Source of the DNA: Prasinococcaceae sp. CCMP 1430
Taxonomy: Eukaryota; Plantae; Prasinodermophyta
Direction: 5' to 3'
NCBI GenBank assembly: GCA_013416795.1
Contig: RQSC01000028.1
Location: 27,571 to 46,409 of the forward strand
DNA length: 18,839 nucleotides
Shown here: piece by piece, positions 1 through 8,690 of the stretch
Numbering within the stretch: position 1 is the first letter of the stretch
How the letters are laid out: each line of letters begins with the position of its first letter
Made by a program: the position numbers and the translations under genes
Notes under the pieces: generated by a model
Told to the model about the DNA's origin: nothing
Databases searched by the model: none
What the model saw: only the letters and a program-made list of their open reading frames with translations

Positions 1-1642
1 CTCGAGGACGCGCTCGGCGCCTCCGGCGCGGGCGGGACGGCGCGCGCGCGATTCGTGGCGGCGGAGCTCAGCGTCCGCGGCTTTCCGCTCCGACTCGACG
101 CGCGCCGCCCGCAGCCGCGCGTGTGCGCCCTCGCCGTCGGCTGGCTCGCCGCGCGCGTGAGGCTGTTCTCCCACGCCGCCGCCGTCGCCAGGCGCGACGT
201 GGAGGACAGCATAGGCGCCCTCTCCCCGCCCTACGCCGAAGACATCCGCGCAGACTGCACGGCCACGGCCGCCGCCGACGAGCGCCGCCAGCGCGCGCAG
301 TCCGTGACCAGCGCGGAGGAGCTCTGCGCCAACCCCGCCGCGCGCGTGGTGCTGCAAGGGCGCATGAGGCGCGTGATCGCGCGGCTGGCCACGCTGCACG
401 AGAGCATGGGGCGGCAGCTCGCGAGCATCGAGGGGGCGCAGCGCCGGCTGGCGGACGCGGTGGTCGGCGCCGGCGCGCGGGCGCCAGGCGATGGGCGTGC
501 GCCCGACAGGCAAGCGGAGCGCCTGCTGACGGCGCACGAGTTGCACCTGCTGGCACATCCGCGCCAGCTGCAGGCGCACGTGGAAGCACTGCAGCAGTCG
601 CTGTCGCTGGTGGACGAGGCTGTGGCGATCGACAACGACGCCGAAGCGTTCGCGGCGTGGCTCGAGGGGGTCGCCGAGGCGCACCACGCTGACATGCGGC
701 GGGCGCGCGCCTCGCACACGGCTGCCGCCGAGCGAGCCAAGCTCGAGGGGAGACGGAGTGCCGAGGGCGGCGTCGGGGAGCTCGCATCCCATGCGGGTGA
801 AGCCGCGCTAGTTGCCGCCGCTCGCGCGCACGCGCAGGCCGAGCTGGACGGGAAGAGCACCTACGCGGCGCTGCGAGCCGCGGCCGAGGGAGCGCGCGCA
901 CACGCTCGAGACGCGCTCGAGGCACTGTGCGCGGCGGCGTCTTCGGCCGCAGCGGCAGAGGGTGTGCGGGGCGGGGCTGCGGAAGACCCTGCGAGCGCGA
1001 CGGCGCTTGCCGGCACAATGGCGCTGCCTCCAATCCGTGAGGTTGCGCGGGCGGTGTCGAACGCACAAGCGATCTCGGCTCCAACCGCGGCGGCGACTGC
1101 GATCGCCAGCGCCGAGTCGCATCCCAGCATGAAGAGGGGCGCCCCCGCGCAGGCACGCGGTGCGAACGCGGCCCTTTCGCGCCCTGCGGGTGCGGCGGTC
1201 GCTGCGGCGCCCCCCGAGCCCATCCGTCGCGCTATGAGCAAGCTCGCGGAGCTCCGAGCTGCACGTGCACGAGCTGAGATCCCTCTCGCCGTGCCAGCGG
1301 TGACCTACCACGAGTTCAGCTGCTTCTCGGGCGTGCTGCCACTTGACGGTGTCCCGCCGCGCGCAGTTTGGGAGCCCACAGGAGTGGGCCAGCCCACACG
1401 CGTAGCGGCAGAGGACGAGATCGCCAGGCTTGTGACCTTGGCGACCGCTGCGGCGAAGGTTCGTGAAGGCGTCCGCGCGCGCGCGCCGGTGCGCGCGCGC
1501 GCTTGCACTCGACCCATTTGCTGACATTGTCGCGTGCGCTTCACTCCAGGACGTGGCGCGGGCGCGGGCCGCCACCAAGAAGCACGTGGCCGGGCTGGTG
1601 GCACCACTGGGAGGTGGCAGCTGCTTCCTGCGCGCGCCGTGA
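1..1642 (+). CDS. Hypothetical Ala-rich, probably helical/coiled-coil protein; 5'-partial; join(<1..1458,1550..1642)
   Basis: Frame 1 is open from base 1, with GC3-biased codons. A phase-0 intron (AAG|GTTCGT...CTGAC...CCAG|GAC) gives the last exon DVARARAATKKHVAGLVAPLGGGSCFLRAP*. TGTAA follows at 1691. No family recognised. Confidence 0.65.
1459..1549 (+). other. Spliceosomal intron (91 nt)
   Basis: GT donor, (GC)n body, CTGAC branch at 1521-1525, CCAG acceptor. Splicing removes the in-frame TGA at 1522-1524. Confidence 0.7.
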
Positions 1643-1690
1643 TCGATGCCGCCGGCACGACCAGGCGTGCGCACGTGGCTCATCATACCG

Positions 1691-1695
1691 TGTAA
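1691..1695 (+). promoter_or_regulatory. TGTAA poly(A) signal (green-algal type)
   Basis: TGTAA about 50 nt after the predicted stop of gene 1. Confidence 0.55.
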
Positions 1696-1780
1696 AACTA
1701 CGTGCATCATTGTACTTCACCCAAGTACGCCTTCCTTATACCATCGCAGCGTCCGTGGTCATCTGCGGCGACGTGATCCG

Positions 1781-1822
<42 letters not shown>
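1781..1822. repeat. C42 homopolymer (G42 on minus strand)
   Basis: Directly visible; length may be unreliable. Confidence 0.9.
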
Positions 1823-1873
1823 TTCCGGGCCCCCCGTCGTGATGGCTGCGAACGTCAATCGCTCACCTGCGAG

Positions 1874-3466
1874 CTACAGCTGCTGCTTGCTGTGCTTGAT
1901 GTCTAGGCTGGCGGACGTGAGCTCCGTGACGCTTGAGGTGGAAGATGCCTTGCTGCCCTTGCTGGAGCTCGCCTTTGCAGATCGCGCCTCGTCGGTGCTC
2001 TCATCCTCGTCGCTCTCGTCTGCGACGGATGAGGCCCATGCCTCTATTGCGAGCAGGAATTCGGGGAACGAGATCTCGCCGGAATTGTCTACATCCATCT
2101 CTGCCAGACGTGCCGCCACGACGTCGCCCAACAGGTCGCCGTTGTTCGCGGGAGCGCGTCCCTGTGGCGCGGCCGAAGCCGTGACGCGATCCAAAGATCC
2201 AGCACTGCGCTTCGCCTGCATGGACGTGGGCGTGGCGTGCCCCGCGAGCACGTGCGCGATCTCATCCTTGCTGACGAGGCCATCGTGATTCAAGTCAAAC
2301 GATATGAAGCACTCGAGAACGAGTTCCGAAGCCGCGTCGAATTCGGCCAAGTCGTCCGCGTGCACACGGCGCGCAGCCTGAGGTCTGGTGGGCTCGCGCA
2401 CCTCCTTTACGCGCAGCAGGCAAACGATGGCGACCATGACGACGAACTCCTCATACGTCAGCCGCTCGTGGTGCTCAGGGTCGATGTCCACTGCGTCAAA
2501 GAGCTCGTCCAGCGCAAGTCGGTCGGTCTTGCCCTGAGCGTCTGAGGAGTGCTTGGAGTCGCCCCCGACCTCTGAGTCATCGATGCTGCTCACGCTGTGC
2601 AGTTCGGACATGAGCTCCTGTGAGATGGTGACAAAGTACCTGCTCAGGTGTGTGCCCTTGGAAAAGGCCGGCGTGCCTGCGCGCGTGCCTCCGGCGCTCG
2701 TCAGCCCCGCAGCCTCCGCCGCGCGGCTCGCCCCGCGTTGGAAGAGGGCTACGGGGCCGACCCCCTCCGACTCGCTCGCGAGGTTCTCCAGCGCCTCGGA
2801 CGCTGCCGCGCCCTCGGTGGCCTGCGCCAGCCCAAAAGACACGAGCGCGGTGCAGAACTCGTCCTTCGAGAGCAGCCCGTCGCCATCCCTGTCAAGATCG
2901 TTGAAGACCACCCTGGCCTTGCCAAAGGTGCGCTGCAAGAGCGGAAAGCGCAGCGCCAGCCGATCTATAGACACGCCTGTCGGTTGGCGGCGCACGCGCG
3001 TTGTCACCGGCGACAGGTGCGTGCCGCCGAGCACGCCGCCACTAGCGGCGTCCGCGCTGCCACCAGCGCCCGCGTCCTCTCCCTCGCCACTTTTTTGGCC
3101 ACGCTGGCCGTCGGCGGCGGTCGCCTTGACGGCGTCCGCATACGAGATCCCCCCCGGCGTCGTCGGCGCAGGCGCGCCATTCTTAGCAGGGCTAGGAGCT
3201 GGCGTCGGCGCGAGGGACACCGACGCGGTGAGGGATGTCGACGCGCGCGCTTCCGCCTCCTCTACCGCCTTGCGCTTCTCGATGGCCTTCATGAGCTGAT
3301 GCAGGCGGAGCTGCACGGTGTCCATCCGCCGCATGGCGCCTCGCCTGCTGCGGTCGCTGGCCCGCGCCCCTCCTGCGCCGCCGAGCTGCTGCTGCGAGGA
3401 GGTGCGCACGTCCACGGCGCCAGCGCGCTCGAGGCTGCGGCGCATCAGGGACGCGCATCCGCCCAT
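1874..3466 (-). CDS. Calmodulin-like EF-hand protein, CML21/CML22-like, with predicted N-myristoylation/S-acylation (530 aa)
   Basis: First ATG at 3466 gives MGGCAS (Gly2, Cys4, Ser6). EF loops: DRDGDGLLSKDE, DIDPEHHERLTYEE (variant), DLNHDGLVSKDE, DVDNSGEISFPE. SIDRLALRFP, EFVVMVAIVCLL and EFLLAIEAW resemble plant CML21 (SFNSIVLKFP, EFIVLLCLVYLL, EFLFAFTQW). Confidence 0.85.
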   Translation of the reverse strand: MGGCASLMRRSLERAGAVDVRTSSQQQLGGAGGARASDRSRRGAMRRMDTVQLRLHQLMKAIEKRKAVEEAEARASTSLTASVSLAPTPAPSPAKNGAPAPTTPGGISYADAVKATAADGQRGQKSGEGEDAGAGGSADAASGGVLGGTHLSPVTTRVRRQPTGVSIDRLALRFPLLQRTFGKARVVFNDLDRDGDGLLSKDEFCTALVSFGLAQATEGAAASEALENLASESEGVGPVALFQRGASRAAEAAGLTSAGGTRAGTPAFSKGTHLSRYFVTISQELMSELHSVSSIDDSEVGGDSKHSSDAQGKTDRLALDELFDAVDIDPEHHERLTYEEFVVMVAIVCLLRVKEVREPTRPQAARRVHADDLAEFDAASELVLECFISFDLNHDGLVSKDEIAHVLAGHATPTSMQAKRSAGSLDRVTASAAPQGRAPANNGDLLGDVVAARLAEMDVDNSGEISFPEFLLAIEAWASSVADESDEDESTDEARSAKASSSKGSKASSTSSVTELTSASLDIKHSKQQL

Positions 3467-3856
3467 GCCGGCCACCGCCGCTCTTCTTTTTTGCCGGTCC
3501 CTGCTGCTGCACCTACCCCCCCCCCCCCTTCGTCGTCCGCCCGCACTACTTTGCTGCCCGCGTCAGCTGCCCGTCCTCCTCTTGACAACTGCCGCCTTCT
3601 TTTCCTGCCTCTCCTCCTCCGCCACGCCGCCACGCTGGCACGCCCGCAGCGCGCCGCGCCGCAAGATCTCCACAGATGCCAAAAGCGTGCCGCCGGCGGC
3701 CGCCCTCCCGCGCAGGCCACAGGCAGCACCCGGGGGGAAATTTCTCGCGCGCGCCGGGTTGGAGGCGCGGTGTGGCGCGGCGCGCGGGTGGGGTGTCGCG
3801 GCCCACTCCCGGGGGGGTGGCGCGCGTCACGGCACGTGCACCCAACACCCCCTCCG

Positions 3857-3878
3857 TCTCTCTCTCTCTCCCTCTCTC
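3857..3878. repeat. (CT)n microsatellite, interrupted
   Basis: tctctctctctctccctctctc in the CML/CLC intergenic region. Confidence 0.8.
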
Positions 3879-4047
3879 AGCCCCCCCTCCGCGCGCGCAT
3901 GTGCGCAATCAAATCGTTTTTTCTATCCGCGCCTGCAATTTTGTGTTGTTAGATGGAATGTTTGCGAGGCTCGGAAGCTTCCGCTGCCTGGCGAGGCGCG
4001 GCGCGTGGCAATAATGCGTGCGCAGCCAAATTTGCACGATGGACTCA

Positions 4048-4298
<251 letters not shown>

Positions 4299-4514
4299 NN
4301 NNNNNNNNNNNNNNNNNNNNNNNNNNNNNNNNNNNNNNNNNNNNNNNNNNNNNNNNNNNNNNNNNNNNNNNNNNNNNNNNNNNNNNNNNNNNNNNNNNNN
4401 NNNNNNNNNNNNNNNNNNNNNNNNNNNNNNNNNNNNNNNNNNNNNNNNNNNNNNNNNNNNNNNNNNNNNNNNNNNNNNNNNNNNNNNNNNNNNNNNNNNN
4501 NNNNNNNNNNNNNN
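4299..4514. other. Assembly gap; probably hides the CLC 5' end
   Basis: N run. Confidence 0.95.
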
Positions 4515-7500
4515 TGGCGGGCGCCAACGAGGCGCGCGTGCGCCCGTGGCTGGCCGTGCTGGCGCTGGCGGGCGCGGCGGGCGCGCTGTCGTGGGCGATG
4601 GTGAGCTTCATCGCCGTCATCCTCAACGCGCGCTTCGACCTCGCCGACGGCTACTTCGACGGGGGCAACGTGGCGGGGGGCGCCTTCGCCGCCGCGGGCA
4701 TCGCCGCGGCGCTCGTCCTACCCGCCGCGGCGGGCGTGGTGGCGCTGGCGCCGCTTGCGGGCGGCTCGGGCCTCCCCGAGATCGCTGTCTTCCTCAACGG
4801 CGCCACCGTCGAGGGAGCGCTCCACTTCCGCACGCTCGTCGTCAAGGTGCTCGGCATCTGCCTCGTCATCGCCGCCGGCGTGCCCGTCGGCCGCGAGGGC
4901 CCCATGGTGTTCGTCGGCGGGGGACTGGCGTGGCACATCGGCCGCGTGCTCATGCCGCTCTCCTTCCGGCGCAAGCAGTACGTCATCGAGGGCAGGTCAG
5001 AGCTCTCCAGGCTCGAGGAAGAGGAGAGGGCGGAAAAGGCCGACTTGCGCCCGGACCAGAAGGGCAGCAAAAGAAACGCGAAGGACGACATGCGGCCGAG
5101 CAACGAGCGGGAGCTCCAAGTCGAGGAGAGCAGCCTCGACTCGAACTCGAAGTTCAGCGGTCGCCTGCGGCACCGCCAGCCGCCCCCGCCGCCCTCGCCG
5201 CTGCCACCGGCGGCGCGCCGCGCGGACAAGCCTGAGGAGGGCCGGGACCGGCCGCCGCGCTGCGACGCGCTGCTGAGGCGCATGCCGACGACGACGGTGG
5301 TGCCCGCGGCCGTGTCCGACGGTGGCGTCACGCGCGTCTACGCGGACACCATCCAGATTCCGGAGGACGAGCGGCGGCTGGTGAGCTACGGCGGCGCCGC
5401 GGGCGTCGCCGCGGCATTCAACGCCCCGGTGGGCGGGGTGCTGTACATCATCGAAGAAATGAGCTCGTGGTGGGACAAGCCGATGACCTTTCGCGCCTTC
5501 GTGGGCTCCTCGCTGGCGGCCTTCGTGGTCGTGCTGCTGCTCACCGCCACGGAGGGGAGGGTGCCCGCGTCGGGCCTCACCATCTTCTCCACGCAGAGCA
5601 GGAACGCCGAACCCGAGTCCGACTGGCAGCTCAAGGACATCCCCTGGATCGTCATCCTGGGCGCGGCGGGCGGGGTCGTGTCGGCGGCCTTCAGCCACGC
5701 GGCCATCCTCATCACCGCGTGGCGCCGCCGCGCGCGCTGGCGACGCCGCGCGATCGTCAAGGTCGTCGAGGCGGTGCTGCACTGCGCGGTGGTCGTGCTC
5801 CTCATCAACGTAATACCGCTCGCAGGGCAGTGCCGGGAGGTCGTGCACACGGACGTGCACGACCACCACCGCCAGTTCGTGCAGTACACGTGCGAGCCGG
5901 TGGTCGGCGCGGACGGCAAGCCGCACGAGGCCTACAACGACCTCGCCACGCTGTACCTCAAGGGAGAGGAGGGCGCCATCCGGCAGCTCTTCGCTCGCGA
6001 TTCGACCGAGACCATCTTCTCGCCCGGAACGCTCGTCATCTTCTTCTTCACGTACCTCGCACTCAGCGTGAGCGTGTTCGGCCTGCCGATTCCCATGGGG
6101 CACTTCGTCCCGATGCTGCTCTCAGGGGCCGCGCTCGGGCGCCTGATGGGACAGGGCGTGCAAGCAATATACGGCAGCGGCGACTACGGCGATCAGCACT
6201 CGCCCGGCGCGTACGCCGAAATTGGCGCCGCCGCGTTCCTGGGCGGCTTCACGCGCATGTCCATCGCCATCACGGTGCTGCTTGTCGAGGCGACGCGCGA
6301 TGTCAGCGTATTGCTGCCTCAAACGCTGGCCATCATCGTAGCGCGGTTGTGTGCATGGCTGGTCCTGCGCAAGTCGTTCAACGAGGTCGTGCTGGACCTC
6401 AAGAAGGTCGGCTTCCTCCACGAAAAGCCCGAGCCCGCAATGCGCAATCAGCGTGCCTCGGACGTCATGGCGCGCGTTGCTCGCGGTGGCAATGGGGGCA
6501 CGGTGCACGTGCTGGCGTCGACCATGCGCGTCACCGCGCTGCGGAGAGTGCTCAGGCTCGCGCCTAGGCAAGTGGTGTTCCCAGTCGTGAAGGCGATCGC
6601 CACCGACCACCCGGATGCGCGAGCTGGGCGCGGTGCTCGCGGGCTTTCGGAGCAGCAACACCAACAGCACGCGCACGGTGGCCTCGTCGGCATTGTGTAC
6701 AGAAGCCGCGTGCTGCGCCGCCTGAACGAGACGGTGGTGCAGCTGCGAGATGAAGGCCTCGCGAGTGACGACATCCGCCGCGCCAACGTCAACCTCGCCG
6801 CCGATGTGGACCATGCCCCGTACGTGGTTTCCGTTCGCGCACCGTTGCATCGGGTGCAGCGCTTGCATCGTCGCCTCCGCCTGCAGCATGTGGTGGTGGT
6901 CAACACCGACGGGAGCCCCGCAGGCATTATTGGGCGCAAGCAGCTCCTTGAGGGGGAGAAGAGGAAGGTATTTCATCGGAGCGTCGACGCCGCCGTGGCG
7001 GGGGCGGCTGTCGTGCACGACGCGACCAACTTGAACGGGAACGAGAATGGGCCTCCTCGGGCCGACCCCCATCACGCAGTTCCCACTACGGACCGCACTT
7101 CCAGCAAGGCGCAGTTGCTTATGATCCAGGAATCCGACGAAGATGAGCGGCCAAAGGAGGTCGCCAAGACCGAAAAAGCGACGCCATTGTTCCCCCGCGC
7201 GCATGCTGCGCACGCGGGCGGTGCTGTGCTTTCGCTCGCGCAGGCTGCGCCCGCAGCTGGCGCCCATGCCGCTGCGGCCGCGTCTGCAGCCGTGGCGGCT
7301 GCAGGGGAGGCGGTAGTCCTCGACATGCGCCAGGCAGTACGCGACGCTCGCGCTGCGGCCGTGCCGCCAGGCGCAAACGGCGTGGCCGCGGCGGACGCAG
7401 CGCTGGTGACGGACGCGCTGCGGGAGGCATCTCACTTTGATGATATGCACTGCGCGTCTGACGCCGAGGAAGACGCTGAGGATGTGGTCGTAGACGAGTC

Positions 7501-8383
7501 GGAGATGCTTCTCTACTCCTTGAGTTCGGATCGTGGTTTGCGCACCGAATCGAGCTCGGGCTCCGCACTTGTCCCAAGGCGTTTCAGCATGCCGTCAGTG
7601 AGTTCACCCGGCCTGCAGGCTCTGGCAGAGGCCGGCGCCGGCAGTACGCCAGTGCGACGGGTGCCGTCTGTGCTGCACACTGAAAAGATTGGCGCTCTCG
7701 AGCTGGGCGAGCTGGACGCCTCAGGGTCTGGCTCAGAACAGAACACCATCCTCGCCCAGCGGGAGGCAGAGAACAGGCGACTTCCGCTGGCGCAGCTCTT
7801 CCGTGCGGCGTCGATGGCGGCGCTCGATCGAAAGGGCAAAGCGAAGGCGCCTACGGAAGAAGAAGAGCTCAGCAAGCTCGAGGAATGGTCCACCGACGAT
7901 GAGACGGACACCGAGTCGGCCGCCTCGCAACGTAGCACGTCGTCCGGGGTGATCACTAGCGCCACCGAAGTCGAACCTGCGAACAACTCGCGCGACGAGA
8001 GTGGTGATTCGGATGCCGTCACTTTCCACCAACCTGCAGATCGCGCGACGACCCCCGCAGCACCAGTGTCCACCGACGCCAATGATGGTGACACGCATGG
8101 TGACCCCGCACCCACGGCAACGGAGGGCGAGCTCACGCGAGCGACAAGCGCAGAAGCGCGCGAACAGGCAGCACGGAACGAGCCCCTCGCGCCAGCAGTA
8201 GACACAAGGTGGCTTGGCGAGTCAGCGCTCGCGCAGGATGAGCTCCCACCAGAACAAGCCATCAATGTGCCCCGGGGGGCAACGGAGGGGACTGAGATCG
8301 CACGAGCAGCAGCGAGCGACGACGCGCGCGCACATGCGATCGAAAGTGCGACCAGCGACGACGGGGGGCGTCCTCGTTCGTGA
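4515..8383 (+). CDS. CLC-family anion channel/transporter with CBS domains and a long disordered C-tail; 5'-partial
   Basis: GSGLPE (4763-4780), GREGPM (from 4889), GAAGVAAAFNAPVGGVLYIIEEM, PMGHFVP and YAEIGAAAFLGGFTRM motifs. CBS-like segments: ASDVM...VFPVV...LVGIV and QHVVVVNTDGSPAGIIGRKQL. Confidence 0.93.
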
Positions 8384-8559
8384 ACAACAAAAGGTGGCGC
8401 CTTAGTAGGACTACATGATTGATCGTGTTCCCGCCTGCCATGACCTCATCACAGACGCTGCGATGCGCGGCTACTCATCGAACGCCTTGCGGCGCCAACA
8501 TCGACGTCCCGGAGTCGGTGGTGCGCATACTGTACGGTGGCTGGTAAAAGACGGCGGCG

Positions 8560-8560
8560 A

Positions 8561-8598
<38 letters not shown>

Positions 8599-8611
8599 CT
8601 TACTCTCTCTC
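8560..8611. repeat. (CT)n microsatellite between convergent 3' ends
   Basis: Directly visible. Confidence 0.85.
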
Positions 8612-8690
8612 GATCCGCCTCTTTCGTGCTCTCTTGCGCCGCGCGCCTCGCGGTTGCGCCGCCCGCCGCCCGCGTGGGTGCGCGCGGGGC

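Noticed and set aside
1503-2288. Poly-proline ORFs
   Set aside because: Produced by the C42 homopolymer and the antisense of the CML gene.
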